Both the position numbers and the translations under genes were made by a program. From Tetramitus jugosus (Eukaryota; Protista; Heterolobosea), in assembly GCA_937625935.1 (NCBI GenBank), contig OW569383.1, forward strand, positions 62,001 to 126,000: DNA of 64,000 nt, read 5' to 3'. Below the pieces are notes generated by a model that was not told the origin of the DNA, searched no databases, and saw only the letters and a program-made list of their open reading frames with translations. Positions 34,266 to 45,547 of this stretch are shown in pieces. Positions within the stretch are counted from its first letter, which is position 1. Every line of letters begins with the position of its first letter.

Positions 34266-34709
34266 ATGACAACTCTTGAAGCAACCATAAGGAATGACAA
34301 CACAGATGTGATACTATTCGTGCTAAAGCGCTGTCCATTACTGTCTATGGATGAAGTGCTAACAGCAATAGAATGTGATGAACCGCTTGCATAAACATAT
34401 GCGATTGAGAATCCACATCAAAACGAGCTCAAGATATCACAACTGTCAGATCTTCGTTCAGCGTTTGAAGGAAGAAAGCATCAGGTTATACGATGTGCTT
34501 TGAGCAATATTACTGTTACAGATATCGATAGATTGACATTAATTGACCCTTGTTTAGAGGATTCGTTCAAAGCAGAGGACGTGTATACATACAATCTACT
34601 ACTGCCATATGCCACGGATGGAAAGAGGAGAGAGATATGCGATATCATCAGGTGTATTAAGATGTATAGACATATCAATGTCGATGAGTTTGATGTAACA
34701 GATTCGTAA
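34266..34709 (+). pseudogene. Decayed ORF, weakly ankyrin-like
   Basis: One reading frame from ATG 34266 to TAA 34709 with a single internal TAA at 34392; begins LEATIRNDNTDVILFVL. Confidence 0.45.
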
Positions 34710-34789
34710 AATACTTTACAACAATTATCTCAAATTGTCTCTTCTTAAGCTGAGATGGTGGTAAGATCGTGTTAAAACAACAAACACAC

Positions 34790-35673
34790 ATGCCCAAGGT
34801 AAACAAGAAGGAGCCACCAAGCTTTCCGGAATCATTGGCTGGTCTATACATAGACATTTCAGAAGAATGGATGGAGATGCCAACAAGAATGGTCCAGAGA
34901 TGCATAGACCAAATGAGCGTGTAGCTGTGTACTGGGTCTGCAAAACCAACTGGAGACACAAATGGAAGTCTACCATCTACGCTAGAACCAAACAAAACTC
35001 TTCTTGTCCATACTGTTCTGGTAAACAGTTATCACCTGAGCAGAGTATAGCAGTCACACACAAACACATCATTGACAGGGAATGGGATTATGCAAGTAAT
35101 AAGAATCTGAAACCTGAATAGTTTAAGAGGACAAGCAAACAACTTGTATGGTGGATGGCACTTGATCCAAAGACTGGTCTGACCTGTAGATACCACCAGA
35201 AGATATTTGACAAGTGTCCAGCTGGTCCAGATTATGAAGCATGTGGTGCAGAAAAGAAGAAGAATGAAAGGAGTCTATCAGTGACTCATGCTCACATAGC
35301 CAAATTCTGGCACAAGGAGAAGAATGACAAAGAGTTTCCCGGAGAGACGCCATCTACAGTTACAGAACTGAGTGATAAGAAGGTTTGGTGGACATGTGAA
35401 GATGGACACAGTTACAAGAAATCTGTAAAATCAAGGATCACCCAGAGAGATACTTGTCTGGTTTGCAAGTCCATAGTAGCAACACATCCACACATAGTAT
35501 CCGATTATGATACAGAGCGAAACAAGAAGGACATATCACAGTGTAGATACGACAACAAGACAAAAAGGTTCTGGTGGAAATGCTCTGTAGATACAACCAT
35601 CCATCATACAAAGCTCTGGTTTGCAGGAAGATCAAGTATGGGTGTAGACAATGTGCAAAGGATAAAGTTTAAT
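34790..35673 (+). pseudogene. Tandem zinc-ribbon (DUF4379-like treble-clef) repeat pseudogene
   Basis: Repeats SxA.TH..I..EW...N..P..(V)WW.C..H.W/Y....R...CPYC. Frameshift ~34870, TAG at 35119, frameshift ~35590. Confidence 0.8.
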
Positions 35674-35878
35674 ATTATGCGTATTTGGGTCTTGTGCTTT
35701 TGATAAAGGTCGACGAACATATTTATGATTGCAACTGTTGTCGCGATTTCGAGGACAAAGACCAGAAGCGAGTTAGACAGAATCTGTCAAACAGAGGAGT
35801 CAAGGCTATGTATCACAATTATAGAACCACATTTACTGGGGTCACCTGAGATGCTGAAGGGAATCAACATTTCAATTT

Positions 35879-37273
35879 CTAATGTAACGTAATGATTTCA
35901 ACATCAGTGAGTTGCTGTTTGAGACAATAGGTCCATAATCGTTCACTCTTGACCTGGTGTTTCAATACAATCACACTAAAGTAGGCACCACAACACACAT
36001 GGAGCACCTCCCTCCTCTTGCGCTCCAACTCGTGATTAAAGTTGCACAATGGACCAATGGCCAATTGTCGCATCGTTTTCACCACCTCTCCCAATTGACC
36101 AAAGGAGTCCGTACCGCACACATAAACATGATTCTGAGAATTCACGAAAATCATATGTTGCTCACCACCAGCGATCAAACGAATATCACTGGGTGGAATA
36201 CCGAGCGAAGAATAGGGAATGTGTGTAACTGTTGAAAAATTTTGGCTCAACGCTAGAGCTTCACCATGAATGTAAACTTCGGATTCCTGCGTAAGAATTA
36301 CGAGAGTTCTTCCTGCGCACGCTATACACTTGATTCCTTGGGAACCAACGGTAGTTGCATCGAACAGCAGTGTTGGAGAATCGTTCTGAGATCCACCGGC
36401 TCTATTGAACCCACATACATACACTTGACGGTTGTCGACCAAAAAGGCCGAAAAATACAATCCACAAGCAATATCTGTCACATTCTTCACACCATTCTCA
36501 AAACCTTTGAAAAACCTCCATCCTTCATATCCAGGCACAGTTTTATCCACTGGAACAACGGCACTATATTGCCTCGACCCAGCACATAGCACTCTTCCAT
36601 CACTTGTCAACAGAAGCGAATGGTTCAACCCGCAAGCCACCTTTACAAATTCCAGTGATCCATCTCCTATTGGTTTGCTGCACTCGAAAGCTGAACGGGA
36701 ATTGGTTCTACCGAGTTGGCCCTCATAATTCGACCCAACACTCACAATGCGATTGTCCATGGTCACCACAATGGTAAAGGTTCGACCGCATCCAATGGCA
36801 CGAACACCCCGGCTCAACCAAGGATGATCCACTGGGTCTAACTCAGTAAACGTTGTCAATTGTTTCACCTTTCCCGGCTTCATAAACAATTGACCATAAC
36901 TGTTCTCTCCACTGACGAACACTTGTTGATTCCTCAATCCAGTGACCAAAATTGTAAAGTATCCACCAGTGGCCACCAAGTTTACCTCTCGACTGACATG
37001 ATGGTACTGCACCGAGTGCACACCCCTAAGACTTGACTGAACAAGTTTGTCACCCAGACCGAGCTGACCCTTGGCATTGTTGCCAAAACCAAAAATGAGA
37101 TCACTGGCATAATTATTGTCAGGATTGGTCTTTGCAATCTGGTGATAATGACGGTGAGAGTTGATGGTACCTAGATACTGAGATCGGTTGTCGAATTGGT
37201 CGGAAGCTGCACTGCCCATTTTGTCCGGTTGTTGTTTCGATCTCTCGGACTTGTTGGGCGAGTTCATCGGCAT
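35879..37273 (-). CDS. RCC1/BLIP-II repeat protein
   Basis: GNNAKGQLG, GENSYGQL, GSNYEGQLG and VACGLNHSLLLT motifs. Confidence 0.92.
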   Translation of the reverse strand: MPMNSPNKSERSKQQPDKMGSAASDQFDNRSQYLGTINSHRHYHQIAKTNPDNNYASDLIFGFGNNAKGQLGLGDKLVQSSLRGVHSVQYHHVSREVNLVATGGYFTILVTGLRNQQVFVSGENSYGQLFMKPGKVKQLTTFTELDPVDHPWLSRGVRAIGCGRTFTIVVTMDNRIVSVGSNYEGQLGRTNSRSAFECSKPIGDGSLEFVKVACGLNHSLLLTSDGRVLCAGSRQYSAVVPVDKTVPGYEGWRFFKGFENGVKNVTDIACGLYFSAFLVDNRQVYVCGFNRAGGSQNDSPTLLFDATTVGSQGIKCIACAGRTLVILTQESEVYIHGEALALSQNFSTVTHIPYSSLGIPPSDIRLIAGGEQHMIFVNSQNHVYVCGTDSFGQLGEVVKTMRQLAIGPLCNFNHELERKRREVLHVCCGAYFSVIVLKHQVKSERLWTYCLKQQLTDVEIITLH

Positions 37274-37342
37274 GAAAGTCGGAAATTTGTTTCAGGTAAA
37301 AGTGACAAAAATAATCGCCCACAAACTATAACTTGTTTATGC

Positions 37343-38926
37343 TCATCTCTCTTTGATGATATGATACAGGTTAAACGTTGTACCACAGATGAAACAAACA
37401 ATTCCGACAATACATAAAACCAATGCAGGAATCTTTCCCAAGGACAAAATCTTCCCTTCAGCCAATTTCAGATGGCAGAGAGCTGGTAAAATGTAAGCCA
37501 GAGATATGGCACTAAATCCACCGGTCAATTCCAATATACTTCCCAAACTCTTCACAACAATGGCTACTACTGTGATAACACTCAACATGATCAACACTAG
37601 TATCCTCATCAGATGAATTTTCTTAACTTGGAACCGTCCGGCAATAACAGGTAGTGAATGTACATTTCTGAAGATAGTCGCCGACAGAATGTCTGCTGCA
37701 GCATTTCTGCAAACGAACATCTCCAATGGCAGAGTGAAGAACATGGTAATGGCAATAGCTGCTCTGGCAATGTTTCCCTGGATCGATTTGACGGAAACAT
37801 TGTTCAAAATATTGCCTTGAGTGTTGCTCTGGAATGGCAAATAACCAAACGCTCCAACCAACAACATGATGGAAGCAGAGACAAACACCGACATGTGAGT
37901 AGCCCGTCTAAATCGTTTTGGTGTTGCATCTTTCATCACTTCGTAGAGCATGTGACTATTGTGATGTGTAATGTAGGCCATGCTGAACACACCAATCGCA
38001 CCAAATATATTCTTCCTAATAAACAAATCAGGCCCAGTTGGCCATCCTTTCACATCATCTGGGCCAGCCTTCCCATTACTCACTCTGATATACACAAGAA
38101 CCGCCTCAGCAATCACAACTCCCACAAGAATCACCTCTGCTATCAGTGAAAGGAATGAAAATGACTCCAACTTACTAATATTGTCCAAGAGAGACAACGG
38201 TAGCATAATAAAGATCATTGTAACAAGTATCCAGAATGTTCGACTCACAAGTAAACTGGTCCAGAACCCCATTGATGCTGGATCTGGAAATCCAAGTATT
38301 GCTGTCAAGACTGCTGGCATCGTATCTCCCACAATAATCGTGTATCCAATACCACCAAAAAACGTCAAGAACCACATGAAGAATGCAGAAGCGACTCGAC
38401 CAGAAACACCAAATGCTTTCGCGCACAGTTCAGGATAAGATTTGGCTCCACAGTGTTGACTCGTACGAATCAAAAGACCTACACTCCAATCAGTTACAAA
38501 AGCCATGACGATCAACAAGATTACACCAGACACCAATCCAGCTTCACTCAACGCAAACGGTATACCAACAATTCCAACACCCAGTATACTATTAATAAAG
38601 TTGAAGCTCGTGCCCAGAAATCCACTCTTATTCATGTGATGATGGTGATCGCCTTCCTCATTTAGCTCTTGCTTTTCTTCTCGTTCTTCTTGTTGTTCTT
38701 CAACAGTTGGTGATTGCTCTCCTTGTTGTTCTTGTAGTTTGTTGTTCAACGGAAACTGTTGTTGTATCGATAGGATGACTTGATCTGATTCTTGTTCTTG
38801 GTGCTCTGCTGTGACCTTCATAGAGTCGCTACCCTCCGTATGATGAACCAGGGAAGGTGCAGCTGCACCTGCAGTGATATGAAAGGGTGCTGCTGTGAGC
38901 TCATCTTCTGTTCGTCGAAGTATCAT
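37343..38926 (-). CDS. AAAP/SLC38-type amino acid transporter
   Basis: FNFINSILGVGIVGIPFA; about 11 TM segments. Confidence 0.92.
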   Translation of the reverse strand: MILRRTEDELTAAPFHITAGAAAPSLVHHTEGSDSMKVTAEHQEQESDQVILSIQQQFPLNNKLQEQQGEQSPTVEEQQEEREEKQELNEEGDHHHHMNKSGFLGTSFNFINSILGVGIVGIPFALSEAGLVSGVILLIVMAFVTDWSVGLLIRTSQHCGAKSYPELCAKAFGVSGRVASAFFMWFLTFFGGIGYTIIVGDTMPAVLTAILGFPDPASMGFWTSLLVSRTFWILVTMIFIMLPLSLLDNISKLESFSFLSLIAEVILVGVVIAEAVLVYIRVSNGKAGPDDVKGWPTGPDLFIRKNIFGAIGVFSMAYITHHNSHMLYEVMKDATPKRFRRATHMSVFVSASIMLLVGAFGYLPFQSNTQGNILNNVSVKSIQGNIARAAIAITMFFTLPLEMFVCRNAAADILSATIFRNVHSLPVIAGRFQVKKIHLMRILVLIMLSVITVVAIVVKSLGSILELTGGFSAISLAYILPALCHLKLAEGKILSLGKIPALVLCIVGIVCFICGTTFNLYHIIKER

Positions 38927-39328
38927 TCTCTCTATAGTTCCGTGTGTATGTTTAGCTCAAGAGCAAAGATGAGGTTTGTTGTTGGTTGTTGTGAATATGT
39001 GGGAAGAATGCATTCTTCACTTCATAGACCTCCATTGGATCATGCATTGTGAACCGCATGTTGAAATTCATTGTCTTGCGAAGAGGAGGAAGCGGAACGT
39101 TGCAACAAAATGTGCGCAGCCGCGTTATTTCTTTCCAAGGAAGAGAGCGGACATGAGAATGAGAAAGAGTTTCTTGGATCTGGAGAGGAGACAACAACTG
39201 GACTCCTTTAATTTAACACCAACACAATCATTAACAAGAATCTGTTTGTTGTTGGTTGTCAGATGACGTTTTCTGAGTTCACTTCCCAGAACAAAAATAA
39301 AGCCAAACAAAAAGAACACAACCCAGGG

Positions 39329-39670
39329 ATGACACAAAGATATTGTTATGCACTTGATCTGAAAAATGACGCGACTCTCATTGAGCAATATAAAAAGTAT
39401 CATGAGAACGAGACCATCTGGCCAGAAATCGTCAGAGGCATCAAACAAGTTGGAATCCTGAACATGGAGATCTGGAACGTCTTTGATCGCTTATTCATGA
39501 TTGTTGAAGTGCCATCAGAGAATTTTGACATTGAAAAACAAATGAAACTATTGGCTACTTTGGAGAGACAAGAAGAATGGGAAGAGTTCATGTCACAGTT
39601 CCAAAAAACACTGCCACAAGCAAGCAACGGAGAGAAATGGATCAAGATGGAAAAGATCTTCCAGTTGTAG
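39329..39670 (+). CDS. rhaM: L-rhamnose mutarotase (DUF718), bacterial-like
   Basis: RYCYALDLK..YKKYH..IWPEI..GILNMEI..RLFMI..EKWIKMEKIFQL; alternative ATG at 39263. Confidence 0.88.
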   Translation: MTQRYCYALDLKNDATLIEQYKKYHENETIWPEIVRGIKQVGILNMEIWNVFDRLFMIVEVPSENFDIEKQMKLLATLERQEEWEEFMSQFQKTLPQASNGEKWIKMEKIFQL

Positions 39671-39708
39671 GCAACAAAGCCAACGGAAATGCACAAAACG
39701 GCAAAAGT

Positions 39709-39779
39709 TGCCGCCTACCGGAATCGAACCGGTGTTGCGGGAGCCACAATCCCGTGTACTACCACTATACTAAAGCAGC
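39709..39779 (-). tRNA. tRNA-His(GTG)
   Basis: GCTGCTTTAGTATAGTGGTAGTACACGGGATTGTGGCTCCCGCAACACCGGTTCGATTCCGGTAGGCGGCA; G-1 not encoded; TTTT downstream. Confidence 0.95.
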
Positions 39780-39911
39780 TTCTTGTGCTATTGACTGAAT
39801 TATACGGACTGCATCGCAATTTTATTTCGGATAAAATAGTTTGTCCGCTAAAATCAAGCAAAAACGACAAACAACACGAAAACAACACAATCGAATTATT
39901 ATATTTATAAC

Positions 39912-40258
39912 ATGGCAGTGAGAAGAAAGAGAGATTATTGGGCAGAATGTGGCCCTAGTGTTGGTTATGGTGCACTCATGGGTTTCGCAGTCGGTGGTGG
40001 CATGGCTGGAATCGTATGTTGTTTTTTTTTTGCTTTGGCGTTTGGCGATAATACTCTTCTCTCCACTCCAAGTTGCTCACACATACACACACATCATATT
40101 GTTTCATTCATTAGGGTGGTCTTGGATTTGCTCTGACACCTGGACTCAAGGGACAACGTTGGTTGTTCATTAGACACACGATGCCTGGTCTTATTTTGAA
40201 GGGAGGTGGTGCTTTTGCTTGCTTCCTTGGATTTGGTGGATTGATTCGTTGCTTATAA
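39912..40258 (+). CDS. ROMO1: Romo1/Mgr2 family mitochondrial inner membrane protein; intron 40014..40114
   Basis: Spliced product GALMGFAVGGGMAGI|GGLGF..GGGAFACFLGFGGLIRCL*. Confidence 0.85.
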
Positions 40259-40491
40259 AGCGCGGCGTACTACAAATCGTTATCATCGCACCGAAATGAT
40301 AATCAACTAACCAAAATGGATGATCAATCGAGAGACCACGCAGCACAAATACGAACTGAGCAGTCTTTCGTGATCATTCATGCGAAATGATCTGTGAAAT
40401 GCACACGTCAATTTGCACACAAACTAATCATTGAAATAAATATTTGAAAAAACATGAAAAATGAGTGAATGAAAGTTCATTGTGTGAATAA

Positions 40492-42852
40492 TTATTTAAA
40501 GTAGGCCGAGAATGCGTCTTGGTTGGTCAGTTTAGGCTTGAGCTTCTTGGGTGGTTCTGCTGATGCTTCTTGCTCTATGTTTGTTGTTACTGTCGTTGCT
40601 TGTTCTGCAGCACCATCACCATTGGCTGTCGATTTGTTGTTGCTGTCGTTGTTTTGATTTACCTTGATGCCCATACTCTCCAACTGTCGAGCTAAATTGT
40701 CACTAATGCTTTGAGGTAAGCACTGGAGAATCTGAATGAGAAACAGTTGAAGGCGACTCATCACTTCTGCATCTCCGCAACTCAATCCCATTCCGTGCCT
40801 CTCCAATTCCAACTCTTCCTTCAGTCGCAAGAAGAGATCAATCATTCCAACTTCACTGACATCCCGCAACAATGTGGAGATGTCTGTGTGGAGCACATCA
40901 TTGTAATAGGCTTCGAGAATCCGTTGGTCCATCCATGAGGAAAAATTGGGGGATGCAATGAACCGCTTGTATAGGTCGAGAACATCACCTCGTTTGCCCT
41001 CGAAAATATCCTCATTGTATCCATGCTTCTCCACATAGTGATAGAATCTTTCAGGTTTGAAAACTTTGGCATGCTCTGAACGAACAATAAAGGTCTTCAT
41101 GGAACAGACGAGCGTGTCGAAGCATCGATGGATGGGTGTGAGGAAAGCATCGGTCAACTCTTCGAAAAACTTTCGTATTTGATCATTGTTGACACCATCT
41201 GCCGATTCCTTGTTGCGATCCGATGAGTCCAAATACAGCAGATTAGTGCTCAAGTGATTCCAGCTCGTATCGGAGCCCTGGAAACTCGACTTGATGACAA
41301 AATTGGTCTTTGATGTCCAGAATGTTTCCTGTGTATCCCACATGAGCTGTTTCCGCTTCTCTTCATTCTGTTTCTTCTTATTTACAAGTGGATTCGAGTT
41401 CAATAGACTACTCAGTAAACTGCTAGCCTTTGCAGTGGTAGTTTCCTCGGATGCTGGCCGTCCAGTGCCACCAACACTGCTGTTTCCACTCGATCCAGCA
41501 ATAATAATGTGCGGCCATTGCTCATAAGCCTTGATAAAAAATGGATTGGTGGTTCCGACAATGCAGGACACAAATGGATCGGGATCACCCAACTTTGCAA
41601 ACGATTTGAATTCAGTGTTGTGAACAGTCATGTATGGCCTGTAGTCACCTGCATAGTGAATGGGTGCAATCATTGAAACCAATCCTAGGACAGCATCACA
41701 ACACATGGTGGGATTCGAGCTCACAACCAATATGGGCTCTCCAGAGATCACCAACTCCCAATACTTTACCAAATTATTGTTCTCCACGTGGCGTCTAAAC
41801 GTGCTAAACAAGTTTAGTTCATGCTGGAAGGGATACTTTCTGCCCAGTAGTCTCTCCTTGAGTGGTGTCACTGGAGTGACTCCACTACTCTTGTCAAATC
41901 GCTTCTTTTGACCGCTGCTATTGTTTCTCAGAGGAGAGGATGATCCACTCTTTTGTTCCACACCACCACTGCTTGTTCCTCTTTTATCCGCTTGATTGAC
42001 AGTGCTTACTGTCGAAGATGATGATAAAGATGCATCTTTTCCAAACATCAACAATTGACGTTTCGATGGACAGTACAATGGAGATCGATACATAATTTTT
42101 TGATTCATAAACGATAGATTGAATTGTGTGTCGGGCATTGGTACTCTCCACTGACTCGTCTGTTTCATCACTTGTGAGAACAACTCGGGTGCCAATTTCT
42201 CATCATTCATAAAGTACAACTCTGCCACCTTGTCACTCAAAAATCGAAACAATTTCAAAAAGGGAAGTCGAGTCAATAGAACAACACTCTTCATGACGTA
42301 TCCTCTGTGAACAGAAGAGTCCTTTCTCTGTCTAAAATAAACATGACCAAACAAGTATTCGGAATCAAGTGCAGATGTATTGTTTGATGATGATGACAAA
42401 ACATGAGTCCAACCTTCATCACCATCATCACCATTATCACCACCATTATTGCTCTTCTTATGACTGCTAGTGTTGCTACTGCCACTTCCACTGCGACTTC
42501 GATTGGAACGAACAAGGTCCAATTCACTTCTCACAAGTTGATGATCAATTGTTGAATTTTCATTGCATGTGATTCGAAAAGTGTACTTTGTGTTGATAAT
42601 GTCATCATTGGATTGATGTTGATGTTGACTACTACCGCTCGTAGCCTTTGTTGATGATGATTTTTGTCCGCTGGCTCCTCCACCATCGGGGAAACTAAGG
42701 TAAGCAATGTCGCTTTGTTGAGAAGCGGAGAGTGGAGTTTGACTGGGGTAGATTTGATCAATTTTTTGGCCTAATTCAATGTCGAATGAACAAACACAGA
42801 AACACTCAATCCATCCATTGTTGTTAGTATTAGTATTCGCGTTGTTGTTCAT
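40492..42852 (-). CDS. DENND6: DENND6-type Rab GEF
   Basis: CSFDIELGQ..YP..LSFPD, WELVISGEP, DYRPY and GTTNPFF motifs. Confidence 0.88.
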   Translation of the reverse strand: MNNNANTNTNNNGWIECFCVCSFDIELGQKIDQIYPSQTPLSASQQSDIAYLSFPDGGGASGQKSSSTKATSGSSQHQHQSNDDIINTKYTFRITCNENSTIDHQLVRSELDLVRSNRSRSGSGSSNTSSHKKSNNGGDNGDDGDEGWTHVLSSSSNNTSALDSEYLFGHVYFRQRKDSSVHRGYVMKSVVLLTRLPFLKLFRFLSDKVAELYFMNDEKLAPELFSQVMKQTSQWRVPMPDTQFNLSFMNQKIMYRSPLYCPSKRQLLMFGKDASLSSSSTVSTVNQADKRGTSSGGVEQKSGSSSPLRNNSSGQKKRFDKSSGVTPVTPLKERLLGRKYPFQHELNLFSTFRRHVENNNLVKYWELVISGEPILVVSSNPTMCCDAVLGLVSMIAPIHYAGDYRPYMTVHNTEFKSFAKLGDPDPFVSCIVGTTNPFFIKAYEQWPHIIIAGSSGNSSVGGTGRPASEETTTAKASSLLSSLLNSNPLVNKKKQNEEKRKQLMWDTQETFWTSKTNFVIKSSFQGSDTSWNHLSTNLLYLDSSDRNKESADGVNNDQIRKFFEELTDAFLTPIHRCFDTLVCSMKTFIVRSEHAKVFKPERFYHYVEKHGYNEDIFEGKRGDVLDLYKRFIASPNFSSWMDQRILEAYYNDVLHTDISTLLRDVSEVGMIDLFLRLKEELELERHGMGLSCGDAEVMSRLQLFLIQILQCLPQSISDNLARQLESMGIKVNQNNDSNNKSTANGDGAAEQATTVTTNIEQEASAEPPKKLKPKLTNQDAFSAYFK

Positions 42853-43477
42853 GAGTGAAAATGTTGTCTGTTTTGTCAATTCTTCTTTGGTTGTTGTTTG
42901 TTGTTGTCTTCTTTGGTTGTTTTATCGCGGTGCGAAGCTCCTGTTTTTTTTCGCACTGCTCATGTTGGAAACTGTTGCGAAAGCTAATCGGGCATGTCCT
43001 TCCCCAAGCAGGACAATTGGTCAGAACTTGGCCGAGGTGAATTCTCATTCGCGCGCCGCTCATTGCTTATTTATTTCGTCGGAAGGAAGAGAGAACAATG
43101 CGACACTCTCAAAGAATGAAAGGAACAATAAGGTATTGTTGCATCAAGTGAGAGATGACCTGACAATACCATTACCGTCAACAACAAAAACATATCAACA
43201 AAAGCCCCAAATGTTCCTCTGAAAGGGAACAGGAAAAGAATCTCAATTTCCACTCAAAATTCGAATCAAGAAAAAAGCGGAATTTTTGAGTGAGCAAATT
43301 CATTGAACCTCATGGACAACCAATAAATAAAGGTTCGCGTTTTCATCTTGTGGTGTGGAAGGTACGCACCCTCCAAAAAAACCTTGTTCATTCTCCACAC
43401 CAAAAAAAAAACCAACTCAACCACCACACAAACAACATCAAAAAAAAACAACAACAACAACAATCAATACAACAACC

Positions 43478-45031
43478 ATGTATGGCCAACAAGATAGAAA
43501 ACAAGACAGAAAACAAATCAAGTCAACAATATCAGTTGATGAGGCAAGAAGAAAGCGTGAGGACAAGCAAGCTGTTCTGCGTAAACAAAAGAGAGAAGAA
43601 GCACTTCAAAAAAAGAGAAAGGAAGGACCAAGCGACTCTAAGGTCCTATCCGCTGAAATGATACAAAAAATTGAACAGATCCCCATTTTGAAGGAACAAT
43701 TGTTGACCAACGATCTTCAAAGACAATTGGACGCAACAACTTCTTTCAGAAAACTCTTGTCCATGGAGAAGAACCCACCTATTGATGAAGTGATCGATGC
43801 TGGTGTCGTCCCCATCTTTATTCACATGCTCCAATCCATTGATCATCCAACTCTTCAATTTGAAGCTGCATGGGCATTGACAAATATTGCTTCTGGCACA
43901 AGTGAACACACTGAAAAGGTGATCAAGATGGGTGCTGTCCCAGTCTTTATCAATCTTTTGAATAGTCCACATGAAGACGTGAGAGAACAATCTGTTTGGG
44001 CATTGGGTAACATTGCTGGTGACAGTGCAAAGTGCAGAAACTATGTTTTGCAACTCGGTGTCTTGCCACCAATCCTCAAGATTATTACTGAGAATCCAAA
44101 GGTCAGTATTCTGAGAAACGCTACATGGACATTGAGTAACCTCTGCAGAGGAAAACCTATTCCAGATTTCCATCTCGTCTCACCTGCTCTCCCAATCCTC
44201 GCACACTTGTTGTTCAACAGTGACGAAGAAGTGTTGACTGATGCTTGCTGGGCAATCTCTTACTTGAGTGATGGTCCAAATGATAGAATTCAAGCTGTCA
44301 TCAATGCTAACGTTGGTCGCAGACTCACTGAATTGCTCATGCACAATCAACCATCTGTTCAAACACCTGCTCTCCGTACTATTGGTAACATTGTGACTGG
44401 TAATGATGAACAGACTCAAATTGTAATCAACTGTAGCGCATTGACCTGTTTGGCCAATCTTTTGAGACACCCAAAGAAGTCAATCAAGAAGGAGGCATGC
44501 TGGACCATTTCTAACATTACTGCCGGATCAAAGCAACAAATCAAGGCTGTTATTGATGCCAATCTCATTCAACCATTGATTGAGATTTTGTCAACGACTG
44601 ACTTTGATGTGAGAAAGGAGGCTGCATGGGCTATTAGCAATGCTACATCTGGTGGATCTCATGATCAAATCAGATACCTTGTCTCCTGTGGTTGCATCAA
44701 ACCACTCTGTGATTTGTTGTTGGTGAAGGACGTTAAGATTATCAATGTAGCACTAGAGGGTTTGGCCAACATTTTGAAGAGCGGTCAAGTCGTTGCTGAT
44801 GAAGGTGATGGTATCAACAAGTATGCTGAATATATTGAAGAAGCTGAAGGTCTAGATGCACTTGAAAAGTTGCTGTATCACAAGGATGAAGAAGTGTACA
44901 AGAAGGCACAAGAGATTTTGGACGACTACTTTGATCAAGAAGATATGGACAGTGATGGAGAGACTCAGGACAATGACTTTAACTTTGGTGGCAATGTTGT
45001 GCCATCCAGCGGATTCCAATTCTCTGGTTAA
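43478..45031 (+). CDS. Importin subunit alpha
   Basis: IBB domain ([19 protein letters not shown]) and ARM repeats ([14 protein letters not shown]); likely ATG at 43478. Confidence 0.97.
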   Translation: MYGQQDRKQDRKQIKSTISVDEARRKREDKQAVLRKQKREEALQKKRKEGPSDSKVLSAEMIQKIEQIPILKEQLLTNDLQRQLDATTSFRKLLSMEKNPPIDEVIDAGVVPIFIHMLQSIDHPTLQFEAAWALTNIASGTSEHTEKVIKMGAVPVFINLLNSPHEDVREQSVWALGNIAGDSAKCRNYVLQLGVLPPILKIITENPKVSILRNATWTLSNLCRGKPIPDFHLVSPALPILAHLLFNSDEEVLTDACWAISYLSDGPNDRIQAVINANVGRRLTELLMHNQPSVQTPALRTIGNIVTGNDEQTQIVINCSALTCLANLLRHPKKSIKKEACWTISNITAGSKQQIKAVIDANLIQPLIEILSTTDFDVRKEAAWAISNATSGGSHDQIRYLVSCGCIKPLCDLLLVKDVKIINVALEGLANILKSGQVVADEGDGINKYAEYIEEAEGLDALEKLLYHKDEEVYKKAQEILDDYFDQEDMDSDGETQDNDFNFGGNVVPSSGFQFSG

Positions 45032-45547
45032 GATTAACATCTTCAGTGTACAGAATTGTGTATGATTTGATTTGAAATGTTCTTTGCCTAACCAACAATG
45101 AATTTTCAAATTGATGATTATGATGATGATTACGATGATGATGATACGATGATTTCTTTCCATATCATAACAATAACTACTACTACTAATTCACTAACTA
45201 CCCCTCTAAGAAGAAACACACGATTGATGATGATGATATTAATGTGATAGTGATGATGATTCGACGATGATTAACAGATCCAAGGATGATTGTTTCTCAT
45301 GTACAAACTCAACAAAACAAGGAGTGCTGAAGAGAATATGGACAACACCCTTGTTTCTTCTGTCTTCAAACTTTAAAACAGTAATAAAAACCCAATAAAC
45401 AAATAAAATACCAATACAACTGTTGGGACCCTTCACGCTGTGGATTTCTGCGACAACAATTGTTTGCCCTTCTTCCCCGAAAAAAACATTTTTGCGTGAA
45501 AGAAAAAAAATACACATCGTTTTCTCATCGCCACCGTTGTCATCATC

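Noticed and set aside
45110-45270. ATG/TAC trinucleotide runs as a repeat array or CRISPR
   Set aside because: Simple low-complexity microsatellite with no spacer structure.
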